From the IMG/VR virus record IMGVR_UViG_3300044475_000063, positions 1 to 64,000 of that record: a stretch of DNA of 64,000 nucleotides. One strand, 5' to 3'. The DNA comes from a virus. The translations under genes and the position numbers were made by a program. Under the pieces are notes generated by a model that worked only from the letters and a program-made list of their open reading frames with translations, ran no database searches and was not told the origin of the DNA. Below are positions 35,454 through 43,345 of the stretch, piece by piece. Numbering within the stretch: position 1 is the first letter of the stretch; each line of letters opens with the position of its first letter.

Positions 35454-35843
35454 ATGGACCGCGTTGAAATGATCCTCAAGGCCATGCCAGCAACGCGCCT
35501 TGAGATTCAGCTACAAACGCGCATGGGCAAAAGCACGGTGCAGCATATCATTGAGCGATTGCATGAGCGCGGTTGGATTCACATCAGCGGCTGGGAGCGT
35601 ATCCTCAAGAACGGAACGGGCAAGTTCGTCATGCGATATAAAGCAGGTCAAGGCACTGACAAGCCCTGCAAGCTGGAACCAATGCCCCGCGCCGAGCTTG
35701 AAAAGCGCCGCCGCAAAAAGCTTCTCAAGACCGGCGAAATAGAAGAACGCAACAAGCGCAACCTCATGCGGTACTACGAGAAGCGAGCAAAGGAAAAATC
35801 CAAGGCAAAGCCTCAAACGTGGCTTTCTGCGCTTGGTGTGTGA
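35454..35843 (+). CDS. winged-HTH protein with basic C-terminal tail
   Basis: 129 aa, MarR-like wHTH pattern. Confidence 0.55.
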   Translation: MDRVEMILKAMPATRLEIQLQTRMGKSTVQHIIERLHERGWIHISGWERILKNGTGKFVMRYKAGQGTDKPCKLEPMPRAELEKRRRKKLLKTGEIEERNKRNLMRYYEKRAKEKSKAKPQTWLSALGV

Positions 35844-35851
35844 AAAACCTC

Positions 35852-35880
35852 TTGCAATTGGGTTTTTGCTGACCTAGAAT
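35852..35880 (+). promoter_or_regulatory. promoter TTGCAA-N17-TAGAAT
   Basis: Exact 17-nt spacing. Lies directly upstream of the structured element. Confidence 0.5.
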
Positions 35881-35886
35881 TCTAAC

Positions 35887-36041
35887 TGTCAACGCCTGCC
35901 AGCGAAGACGAAAAAGAAAATGACTCTGTAGCAGCCCCAAGGTTTTTTGGTGGATCGCAAAATGGAGTGTGGACGTAACAGAGTCCGTTCACACTTCAGG
36001 TTGGCAGACCCGATCCACCAAAGCATCTTGGGGCTTTTTTT
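35887..36041 (+). ncRNA. candidate ~155-nt structured sRNA ending in an intrinsic terminator
   Basis: Coaxial helices 35933-41/36027-35 (9 bp), 35946-57/36011-22 (12 bp) and 35966-75/35986-95 (10 bp), followed by U7. No ORF. Confidence 0.45.
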
Positions 36042-36271
36042 CGTCTGCACTGTCTGAATTGACTAGCCTATCGTCGGGAACGAAAGCAACAGGGCGATAG
36101 CGTGAATACTGGAACTGTGGCAAAGCAAGGGAAGCACCAGAATGAGGCGTCGAAGATAGCACCTCACTTGCGCAAGGCTGTCGGGTCAGCGATTCCTCAA
36201 TGGATACGTTGTGATGGGCCTTAGCTAAGTCTAGGTCCGCTCAAACCTCTTGGATAATACGAAAGATAAGA

Positions 36272-36970
36272 ATGAACCTGATGCTTGTAAATACTAAAGA
36301 ACAGACCATGACAAGCAAGGAAATGGCTGAGCTTACAGAAAAGCGCCATGACAGCGTCAAACGGACCATTGAAAACCTTGCTTCTACTGGCGTGATCGGC
36401 CAACCACAAATTGTGGATGGAGAAAAAGCAGGCAACAACGTTGTTGAAAAGCTATATTTGTTTGGGAAGCGTGACAGCTATGTGATCGTTGCCCAGCTTT
36501 CGCCGCTGTTCACTGCCCGACTTGTAGACCGCTGGCAAGAGTTGGAATCCCGAGAATCCTCGGTAGATGGCTTTGAGATTCCCAAGACTTTTGCAGAGGC
36601 ATTGCGGCTTGCTGCTGACCAGCAAGAGACGATTGCAAAACAGGCCTTGCAGATTGAGACGAATGCGCCAAAGGTTGCATTTGCCGAAGCAATTCGCGCC
36701 ACTGAGGGCGTTTGCAGCGTTGAGAAGATCGCAAAAACGCTTGGCTGGGGGCGTAACAAGTTTTTCGACAGGCTGCGCACTGATGGCATTCTGATGGCTA
36801 ACAACCTGCCATATCAGAAGTACATTGACCGCGAGTATTTCACCGTCATTGAGCAGGAACCATACACGGATAGTAAAGGAGTCGTGCACCCTACGTTCAC
36901 GACTCGTGTAACGGGCGCTGGACAGGTGTTCCTTGCCAAAAAGTATGCAAACATCATGGGTGTAGTATGA
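36272..36970 (+). CDS. Rha-family N-terminus + KilAC/ANT antirepressor-like C-terminus
   Basis: SKEMAELTEKRHDSVKRTIENL (Rha-like). C-terminal KilAC-like block FAEALRLAADQ....AP.VAFAEA. Confidence 0.75.
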   Translation: MNLMLVNTKEQTMTSKEMAELTEKRHDSVKRTIENLASTGVIGQPQIVDGEKAGNNVVEKLYLFGKRDSYVIVAQLSPLFTARLVDRWQELESRESSVDGFEIPKTFAEALRLAADQQETIAKQALQIETNAPKVAFAEAIRATEGVCSVEKIAKTLGWGRNKFFDRLRTDGILMANNLPYQKYIDREYFTVIEQEPYTDSKGVVHPTFTTRVTGAGQVFLAKKYANIMGVV

Positions 36971-37272
36971 CTACATTGCCTGATTGGATTCCTGCCGATG
37001 CGTGGGCCGGATACGTTGAAATGCGCAAGAAAAAGCGCGCCGTGATGACTGAGCGCGCTACCGAGCTACGCATTAAAGACCTTGCCAAGCTGCGCGATGC
37101 AGGGCAAGACGTAGGCGCGGTCTTAGATCAATCGACTGCGAACGGCTGGACTGATGTGTATCCGGTGAAAGAGCGCCGTGTCGAGCCGCGCAACCAGTTC
37201 GACACTTCGCGCCTTGGAAAGCACGGGCAGGCTACCGCAAATAACGCACTTGATTGGTTGGAGGGGAAATGA
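36967..37272 (+). CDS. replication-region protein (hypothetical)
   Basis: 101 aa, LPDWIPADAWAGYVEMRKKKRAVMT pattern common upstream of phage replication genes. Confidence 0.5.
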   Translation: MTTLPDWIPADAWAGYVEMRKKKRAVMTERATELRIKDLAKLRDAGQDVGAVLDQSTANGWTDVYPVKERRVEPRNQFDTSRLGKHGQATANNALDWLEGK

Positions 37273-37433
37273 AATACATAATTATTTATAGCGATGGCTG
37301 TTACGAAAAAGCGGGTAGAGGAACTGGTTTTCCCACTACTGAAAAAGATGAGGCAAAAGTTTTTGATTCTGAAGATGATGCTCATGAATATTGCGCGTGG
37401 TTGATAGAGGCAAAAGTTATTCCGTTGAAATAA
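37269..37433 (+). CDS. hypothetical protein (54 aa, AT-rich)
   Basis: Below cutoff; ATGA overlap. Confidence 0.4.
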   Translation: MKYIIIYSDGCYEKAGRGTGFPTTEKDEAKVFDSEDDAHEYCAWLIEAKVIPLK

Positions 37434-37434
37434 T

Positions 37435-38067
37435 ATGATTGATAATCTAGAAGAAAAGCGCCGCTTCGCCTCGCTCATGACTGCCCTTGCTGACTATTAC
37501 GAGAAGTCGCTTTCTAAAGGTGTCCTGTCTCTCTATTGGGAAGGGCTGCGCCAGTATGACTATGAGGCAATCGAAAAGGCCGCATGGGCGCATACGCAAC
37601 TACCAGACGAGGCGGGGCGCTGGATGCCCAAGGTCAGCGACCTAAACAAGATGCTGGCGGGGCGCACCTCTGACCAAGGGCAGAGTGCATGGAGCAAGGT
37701 TGATCGCGCCGTGCGCACCATTGGCCCTTATAGCGACGTTGCTTTTGACGATCCGATTATCCACCGAGTTATTCAGGAAATGGGCGGCTGGATTCATCTT
37801 TGCGGACAAGACGAGAAACAATGGCCTTTCACAGCAAAAGAATTTGTTACGCGCTACCAGTCATACAAAATGACCGGTGATATTCCAGAACATGCGGGCT
37901 ATTTGACAGGAATCGCCTCATCGCAAAATGAGCATTCAGGTAATAAACAAAAGCGCGAGATTCATTTAATAGGCGATAAACAAAAAGCAATCGAATTAAT
38001 CCTTGGCGAGAAAAAGAAAGTCGAATCGCTAGGTTTATCAGTTCCAAAAGCAGCAGACGCTATTTAA
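37435..38067 (+). CDS. replication-associated protein (hypothetical, 210 aa)
   Basis: Call is from position. No helicase or primase motifs seen. Confidence 0.5.
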   Translation: MIDNLEEKRRFASLMTALADYYEKSLSKGVLSLYWEGLRQYDYEAIEKAAWAHTQLPDEAGRWMPKVSDLNKMLAGRTSDQGQSAWSKVDRAVRTIGPYSDVAFDDPIIHRVIQEMGGWIHLCGQDEKQWPFTAKEFVTRYQSYKMTGDIPEHAGYLTGIASSQNEHSGNKQKREIHLIGDKQKAIELILGEKKKVESLGLSVPKAADAI

Positions 38068-38079
38068 AAGGAGAAGGAA

Positions 38080-38280
38080 GTGAAGAAAAACGAATACCCT
38101 TATTTGCAAATTATTGTTCACCACGGTCCGACAAATTCAACATCGATAACTGGCGATGAAGGAGTTATTGCTGCTGGGGTTTCATATCTTCCTCGGTCAA
38201 TGCAAAACAAACTTAAGGTGGAAACAATCAAGCGCTGGTCACGATTCATTAAAAGCAAATCAAAAGGAGAAGGAAAATGA
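38080..38280 (+). CDS. hypothetical protein (66 aa)
   Basis: GTG start after AAAGGAGAAGGAA. Confidence 0.4.
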   Translation: MKKNEYPYLQIIVHHGPTNSTSITGDEGVIAAGVSYLPRSMQNKLKVETIKRWSRFIKSKSKGEGK

Positions 38281-38471
38281 AGAAATCTCGTCTTGCATCA
38301 GCAATCAAAGAAGCAAAGCGGTTTTTAGAAATTGCAGAAACCGTAGAAATTGATCCGGACAGCCGTAATGATTACATCTACAGAAGCAAAGAATCGGCAT
38401 CTGTTCGCCGCGCTAGTATGGATTTGACTAATGCACTTGTTGAATTGCGTAAAGGAGATTACACAAAATGA
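38277..38471 (+). CDS. hypothetical protein (64 aa)
   Basis: ATGA overlap. Confidence 0.5.
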   Translation: MKKSRLASAIKEAKRFLEIAETVEIDPDSRNDYIYRSKESASVRRASMDLTNALVELRKGDYTK

Positions 38472-38701
38472 GCAAAGCGAAATTAACCGACTGGTTCCCT
38501 GCTGATGTTAAGCCGGTGCATGTGGGTGTGTATGAGGTTCTTTATGAGAATGGCTGCTTTGGTAGCCGATATCGATACTGGAATGGCGTTCGGTTTTGCT
38601 ATCAATGTATGAATTCTCAGAAAGCTTTTCAAAAAAGGAACAATCACACTGGGCTTGACGCCTTTGTATCTTGGCGCGGCATCGCTGAAAAACCAAACTA
38701 A
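38468..38701 (+). CDS. hypothetical protein with RYRYWNG...WRG motif
   Basis: 77 aa. The motif is shared with the C-terminus of 47646..48104. Confidence 0.55.
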   Translation: MSKAKLTDWFPADVKPVHVGVYEVLYENGCFGSRYRYWNGVRFCYQCMNSQKAFQKRNNHTGLDAFVSWRGIAEKPN

Positions 38702-38713
38702 AGGAGAATCACA

Positions 38714-39088
38714 ATGTACACTTCTGGCCGACTGATATACCAAGAGGATAGTGATGTATATACGCACATACTTCGTGATGTGACGGGCAATCGCATCATA
38801 CATCAAGGTCCGCAGGATTCTCGCGGTGAGGCTGAGGCAAATGCGCGAAGGCTTGCCGCATGTTGGAACGTTTGCGATGGGCTTGAAACTGCTGACCTTG
38901 AGGTAGGTGCGACGCTTGGAGATATTTGCGCCGATAGAAACGGCCTTGTAATCAAACTAGGTAAAGCGCAAGAAAAACTAGACATGGCCCGATCTATGCT
39001 GGAAGAGGCTTTAGATACATTTGACGACAACCCAGCAGAGGGCCATGAAATTGCAGACCGTATCCGTAGCTTTTTGGAGGTTAAATGA
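38714..39088 (+). CDS. hypothetical protein (124 aa)
   Basis: RBS AAAGGAG. Confidence 0.55.
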   Translation: MYTSGRLIYQEDSDVYTHILRDVTGNRIIHQGPQDSRGEAEANARRLAACWNVCDGLETADLEVGATLGDICADRNGLVIKLGKAQEKLDMARSMLEEALDTFDDNPAEGHEIADRIRSFLEVK

Positions 39089-39435
39089 GCAATGCAGAAC
39101 TATTGACTCTGGCAGCTAATGCCGCAGGATTGAAAGTCTTTAGCGTTACTCATCGTGGCATGGGTGGCTACAGTGACGATACTTTGCTCGGCTTGATTAT
39201 TGCGGATAGCGTTGGAACTCTATGGAATCCGCTAGAGAATGATTCTCAGGCGCTGCGCTTGGCGGTTGATTTGGGATTGCGATTGACACTGCCTAAATAC
39301 AAAGGATTTGGCACGACTGCCGATCATCAGGCGGATGGTATTGCTGGTTGCACGGCTTTCCGAGATGACCCAATGGCGCAGACGCGAGAGGCTATTGTGC
39401 GCGCTGCCGCCGAAAAAGGAAGGGCTATGCAATGA
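39085..39435 (+). CDS. hypothetical protein (116 aa)
   Basis: ATGA overlap. Confidence 0.55.
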   Translation: MSNAELLTLAANAAGLKVFSVTHRGMGGYSDDTLLGLIIADSVGTLWNPLENDSQALRLAVDLGLRLTLPKYKGFGTTADHQADGIAGCTAFRDDPMAQTREAIVRAAAEKGRAMQ

Positions 39436-39854
39436 AGGTTAAATCTTCCCGATTAATGGGTGTTAATGATATCGACGATTTGTTCAAGGCCAAGGCGCGC
39501 TTGATGCCTGATGATGTGAGCGAGATTCAGCTTAGGGTGCTTCTGGCGCTCGATTCGGCCAAGCGCTCACGCTGCCCACCAGGCCTCGCAAACCTGCTTA
39601 TCAAGCACATGGTCATGGCTGCTGCAATCGGTAGCCAGATGCGAGACCAAAGCTTCTACAATCTGGCGCAAAGGGCCTATGAGGCGCTTTACAACGCTTG
39701 CATGCGAGATACGGTGGACCTTGATCTAACAACCGGCGAGTACAGCGTAATCAAGCGAACGATTGCGCTATACTTGAACCATCTGCCTAAAGTCGAGCGC
39801 GGCTTGTTTGAGTTTGCAAGCAATCATGCTCAGAAAGTTTTAGCGCAAGGTTAA
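39432..39854 (+). CDS. hypothetical protein, last rightward early gene (possible late-gene regulator by position)
   Basis: 140 aa, ATGA overlap, followed by a strong terminator. Confidence 0.5.
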   Translation: MKVKSSRLMGVNDIDDLFKAKARLMPDDVSEIQLRVLLALDSAKRSRCPPGLANLLIKHMVMAAAIGSQMRDQSFYNLAQRAYEALYNACMRDTVDLDLTTGEYSVIKRTIALYLNHLPKVERGLFEFASNHAQKVLAQG

Positions 39855-39890
39855 AAATAGCGGCTAATTTAATAATTAGCCGCTATTTTT
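39853..39890. terminator. bidirectional terminator, perfect 17-bp palindrome
   Basis: AAAAATAGCGGCTAATT-taat-AATTAGCCGCTATTTTT between convergent genes. Confidence 0.8.
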
Positions 39891-40400
39891 CTATATTTCT
39901 ATATCAGCCCAGCTTTTCCCAAGTTTTATCATGCTTACGGTCGAATGGTGAACATTGAAGAGTTTTCCTAGCTCTTTGTTCGACATTCTAATCATAGAGG
40001 CTAGCTTTATATATCTAGCCTCTTCTTTGGTTAAGATTGATCTAGGATTCAACTCGCCAAAAATAGGTCGGCATGGCGATCTGCCTTTTGAAACCATATC
40101 ATTTGAATTGTCTTGTGCAGTACCAAGAAAAAGATGATTTGGGTTGGTACAGATAGGGTTATCACATTTATGGCATACCATAAAATCACCCGGCTCTATA
40201 CCAAAATGCAAAGCATAAGAAATTCTATGCGCGAATACAGATTGTCCGCGCTTGCCAACATGGGCAAGCCTCGCGTATCCCTTTTTGTCTACGAAACCAT
40301 TCCAAGACCAGCAATTGTCTTGCTTGACAACCTTTGACAGGTATCTCTGTTCTATTTTTGACAGAGGATCATTGATAAGAGGTAAAATAAGAATAGCCAT
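39891..40400 (-). CDS. HNH homing endonuclease
   Basis: ATG at 40400 after GGAG. CWSWNGFVDKKGYA...AHRISYA...CHKCDNPICTNPNHLFLGT, with a C-terminal HTH-like tail. AT-rich. Confidence 0.85.
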   Translation of the reverse strand: MAILILPLINDPLSKIEQRYLSKVVKQDNCWSWNGFVDKKGYARLAHVGKRGQSVFAHRISYALHFGIEPGDFMVCHKCDNPICTNPNHLFLGTAQDNSNDMVSKGRSPCRPIFGELNPRSILTKEEARYIKLASMIRMSNKELGKLFNVHHSTVSMIKLGKSWADIEI

Positions 40401-40454
40401 GAAGACTCCATGAAAGTCATTTGTGGTTAAAAGCCAACACGTGTGCAACCACTG

Positions 40455-40484
40455 TTGGCTTTGTCATTCTAACTCAGATACAAT
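40455..40484 (+). promoter_or_regulatory. candidate tRNA promoter TTGGCT-N18-TACAAT
   Basis: The -10 ends 9 nt before the tRNA 5' end. Confidence 0.45.
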
Positions 40485-40493
40485 GAATTTGTC

Positions 40494-40569
40494 GCGGGGA
40501 TAGCTCAGTTGGTAGAGTCTCTGATTTCCAATCAGATTGTCGTCGGTTCAAGCCCGATTCCCCGCTCCA
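40494..40569 (+). tRNA. tRNA-Gly (anticodon UCC), CCA encoded
   Basis: Hand-folded cloverleaf. 7-bp acceptor GCGGGGA/TCCCCGC, D arm GCTC/GAGT, anticodon stem TCTGA/TCAGA with loop TTTCCAA, T arm GTCGG/CCGAT with loop TTCAAGC, discriminator U, CCA. Confidence 0.9.
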
Positions 40570-41022
40570 AGAATTAGCGAAGGCAGATAGCCATGAACAA
40601 AAGCGCGTGCGCAAGTAGTCATGCTGGCATACTGGAAGTAGCTAAAGCAAAGCCGCTAATGCGTTATTAGGAATTGCGCCACACAGTTCGGAAACTGCGG
40701 CATGTGGCAAGAATAGTTGGTCCGATACCGCAGGGGCGCTCGGGACAATAAACGCCCCAGCATAAGCGCCGCCCTCCTTTCCCCAGCTATCGCTAGTGGG
40801 CGCAACAAGTAATTAGGCGTGATTATGCAGAGCCAAGTACAAGGGCGCAGAGCGTGGAAGCCGCTAGTTGTTTGTCTCGCAAGAGACGCCACATAAAACC
40901 AGCCCGTGACGCCCTATTGCAGGGCATATGAGCGAACGAAGTAAGGGCGGCAGTCTTTGCATCTTAGTAGGCCAAGGAAACGTTGGTTGGTTTTATGTGG
41001 TGCAATGCTCGGGGATTTTTTT
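40570..41022 (+). ncRNA. candidate large structured RNA (or packaging-site region) downstream of tRNA
   Basis: No credible ORF. 16-bp stem 40889-904/40985-41000, GNRA hairpin 40874-87 and several further helices; U7 at 41016-22. Confidence 0.3.
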
Positions 41023-41035
41023 GTCTATTGCCTAT

Positions 41036-41047
41036 CTAGAGTAGAAT
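41036..41047 (+). promoter_or_regulatory. CTAGAGTAGAAT motif (-10-like) 40 nt upstream of terS
   Basis: 11/12 identical to 43796..43807 upstream of the portal gene. Confidence 0.4.
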
Positions 41048-41086
41048 GTCAAGACAGAATTCACCATCACAGATTCAAGGCAAAAC

Positions 41087-41509
41087 ATGGCACTTACTCC
41101 AAAGCAAGCACTATTCGTCAAAGAATACCTAATCGACCTGAATGCAACTCAGGCCGCGATTCGTGCTGGTTATTCGGAAAAGACGGCTTACTCTATTGGT
41201 GAAGAAAACCTGAAGAAGCCTGAAATTGCAGAGGCGATTGCCGAGCATCAACAGGCCAAGGCAAAGAAGCTAGATATCACTGTTGATACGATACTTGCGG
41301 AGCTTGAGGAAGCGCGTCAATTGGCTCTAGAAACTGGTAAGGCTGGCCCAGCAGTTCAGGCTTCGATGGGTAAGGCAAAGATTTTAGGTTTGGAAAAGCA
41401 AGTCATCGATCATACATCTAGCGATGGCACTATGACGCCTAAAGCGCCTATCGTTGTTGACAAGGATACTGCTGCGCAGGTGGCGGCGAATATCAATGGT
41501 GGCATCTGA
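41087..41509 (+). CDS. terminase small subunit (Terminase_2/P27 type)
   Basis: ALTPKQALFVKEYLIDLNATQAAIRAGYSEKTA motif. Confidence 0.85.
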   Translation: MALTPKQALFVKEYLIDLNATQAAIRAGYSEKTAYSIGEENLKKPEIAEAIAEHQQAKAKKLDITVDTILAELEEARQLALETGKAGPAVQASMGKAKILGLEKQVIDHTSSDGTMTPKAPIVVDKDTAAQVAANINGGI

Positions 41510-42926
41510 CGACCCAGAGGTAATCAAGGCAGTAACTCGCGCACTATGCCTTGAGGATCACCTATTCTTTACTCGCTACTTCTTTAAGCTGCGCGAGGGG
41601 ATTAAATTCCGCGTCAACTGGCACCATAAGCGCATGGCTGAGGCTATCCAGCGCGTGATTGATGGGCATTGCAAGCGGCTAATCATCAATGTGCCTCCTG
41701 GCTCGTCTAAGACGGAAATGGCGGTTATTAACCTGATTGCGCGTGGGCTTGCGATTAATCCTCGTGCGCGCTTCCTGCACCTATCGTACTCTGCTGACCT
41801 TGCCGAACTGAATAGCGCCAAGGCAAAGGAGCTAATCACGTCCAGCGAGTATCAAGAGTTATTCACGATCCCGATTAAGACCGACTCCAAGGCGCGGGGC
41901 CGCTGGAACGTGGTTGATGAAAAAGGCGTGTCTATCGGCGGATGCTATGCGACCTCGACGCTTGGTCAGGTAACTGGCTTTCGTGCCGGTCACATGGCTG
42001 ATGGGTTTCAGGGCGCGATCATCATCGATGATCCATTAAAGCCTGTAGACAGCCTATCAAAGACCAAGCGCGATGCAGTCAACAATGCCTTTATCAATAC
42101 CGTGCAGAGCCGCAAGGCATCGCCTGATACTCCTATCATCGTCATCATGCAACGCCTCGCAGACGAGGATTTAACGGGCTTCCTGTTGAATGGCGGCGAC
42201 GGCAAAGAGTGGGAGCATGTTTGCATCCCAGCTATTGACGACGATTCCGGCAAGAGCTATTGGCCTGAGAAAGAGCCTATCGAATCGCTCTTGCAACTTA
42301 AGGAAAAGGGTAACTTCACCTTTGAGGGGCAGTACCAGCAGCGACCATATGTGCTAGGTGGTGAAATTATCAGGGGCGAATGGTTCGGGCGCTATAGCGA
42401 ACTGCCGCCGCAGAAATGGTGTGTGCAGCGCGCCGTATTCGCTGATACAGCCATGAAAACAGGCGAGCAGAACGACTACACGGTATTTATTGATGCCGCG
42501 CTCTATACCGATGGCAAGGTACGTATCCTTAACCTATGGCGCAAGAAAGTGAATGCCGTGGGCCTTCTTCAATTAGCCAAAGAGGTTTGGGCCTCGACAG
42601 AAGGGCTAGCTAGCGCCATGTACATTGAAGACAAGGCATCTGGCACCGGCCTAATCCAGCAGCTACAGGAAAACGACGTATTTATCCCGGTTATCCCAAT
42701 CGAGCGCACCAAAGACAAGCTAACCCGCGTCATGGAAGTGCAGCCAAGGATTCAGGCTGGCGGCGTTTTGCTGCCTACCTATGCGCCTTGGGTAACTGAG
42801 TTCATTAGCGAATGTGAGGCATTCACTGCAAACGATAGCCATAAACACGATGACCAAGTAGACCCGCTTGTAGATGCTGTAAATACGTTCATGGCTAACA
42901 GTTTCAACCTATCAGCCTTGGTTTAG
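41496..42926 (+). CDS. terminase large subunit
   Basis: ATG at 41496 overlapping the terS end. Walker A-like PPGSSKTE; C-terminal nuclease-type acidic motifs (HDD). Confidence 0.9.
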   Translation: MVASDDPEVIKAVTRALCLEDHLFFTRYFFKLREGIKFRVNWHHKRMAEAIQRVIDGHCKRLIINVPPGSSKTEMAVINLIARGLAINPRARFLHLSYSADLAELNSAKAKELITSSEYQELFTIPIKTDSKARGRWNVVDEKGVSIGGCYATSTLGQVTGFRAGHMADGFQGAIIIDDPLKPVDSLSKTKRDAVNNAFINTVQSRKASPDTPIIVIMQRLADEDLTGFLLNGGDGKEWEHVCIPAIDDDSGKSYWPEKEPIESLLQLKEKGNFTFEGQYQQRPYVLGGEIIRGEWFGRYSELPPQKWCVQRAVFADTAMKTGEQNDYTVFIDAALYTDGKVRILNLWRKKVNAVGLLQLAKEVWASTEGLASAMYIEDKASGTGLIQQLQENDVFIPVIPIERTKDKLTRVMEVQPRIQAGGVLLPTYAPWVTEFISECEAFTANDSHKHDDQVDPLVDAVNTFMANSFNLSALV

Positions 42927-42940
42927 ATAAGAGAACATAA

Positions 42941-42963
42941 ATAAAAACCCGCCGAAGCGGGTT
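42941..42963 (-). terminator. terminator of the minus-strand repeat-protein gene
   Basis: AACCCGC-cgaa-GCGGGTT with the T run on the minus strand only. Confidence 0.6.
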
Positions 42964-42970
42964 GATTATG

Positions 42971-43345
42971 TTAGCCGTCGCCGGAGCCGTAGCCGTAGCC
43001 GGAGCCGTAGCCGTAGCCGGAGCCGGAGCCGTAGCCGTAGCCGGAGCCGGAGCCGTAGCTGTCGCCGGAGCCGTCGCCGTAGCCGGAGCCGTAGCCGGAG
43101 CCGTCGCCGGAGCCGGAGCCGTAGCCGTAGCCGGAGCCGGAGCCGTAGCTGTCGCCGGAGCCGTCGCCGTAGCCGGAGCCGTAGCCGGAGCCGTCGCCGG
43201 AGCCGTAGCCGGAGCCGTAGCCGGAGCCGGAGCCGTAGCTGTCGCCGGAGCCGTCGCCGGAGCCGTCGCCGGAGCCGTCGCCGGAGCCGTCGCCGGAGCC
43301 GTAGCCGTAGCCGGAGCCGTCAGTAAAAGTTTTATTGGTAGCCAT
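42971..43345 (-). CDS. (Gly-X)n low-complexity protein, G/S/Y/D only after residue 10
   Basis: MATNKTFTD then GSGYG/GSGDG repeats. ATG at 43345 after AAGGA; overlaps the upstream gene by 14 nt. All codons are C-ending (GGC/TCC/AGC/TAC/GAC). Confidence 0.6.
   Translation of the reverse strand: MATNKTFTDGSGYGYGSGDGSGDGSGDGSGDGSGDSYGSGSGYGSGYGSGDGSGYGSGYGDGSGDSYGSGSGYGYGSGSGDGSGYGSGYGDGSGDSYGSGSGYGYGSGSGYGYGSGYGYGSGDG
42975..43320. repeat. hexanucleotide-based tandem repeat array (gccgga/gccgta/gccgtc/gctgtc)
   Basis: Read directly from the sequence. Always a multiple of 6 nt, so it stays in frame. Confidence 0.9.
43021..43200. repeat. perfect 2 x 90-bp tandem duplication inside the array
   Basis: 43021-43110 is identical to 43111-43200 base for base. 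Confidence 0.9.

Noticed and set aside
38066-38285. Direct repeat AAAAGGAGAAGGAA(n)TGAAGAAA at 38066-88 and 38262-85.
   Set aside because: Both copies are RBS-plus-start contexts of adjacent small genes (the second also encodes ..SKGEGK*). This is most simply a strong SD plus Lys-rich N-termini. It may mark a module junction, but the evidence is thin.
40494-40569. tRNA-Gly as a prophage attachment site (junction of two tandem prophages), or as a supplier for the Gly-rich protein.
   Set aside because: The tRNA is full length with its own promoter. No integrase flanks it, and no partial tRNA duplicate is seen elsewhere. Its anticodon UCC reads GGA/GGG, whereas the repeat gene uses only GGC.
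40656-40892. 78-aa minus-strand ORF. Also 40957..41202 on the plus strand, and a 25-aa ORF at about 40593.
   Set aside because: No RBS. The sequences are Arg/Cys/Leu-rich and lie across the predicted helices. 40957..41202 runs into the well-supported terS start.
42975-43320. Possible CRISPR array or DGR variable region, given the dense short repeats.
   Set aside because: There is no repeat-spacer architecture: the units are 6 nt and contiguous. No cas genes, reverse transcriptase or template repeat occur in the window.
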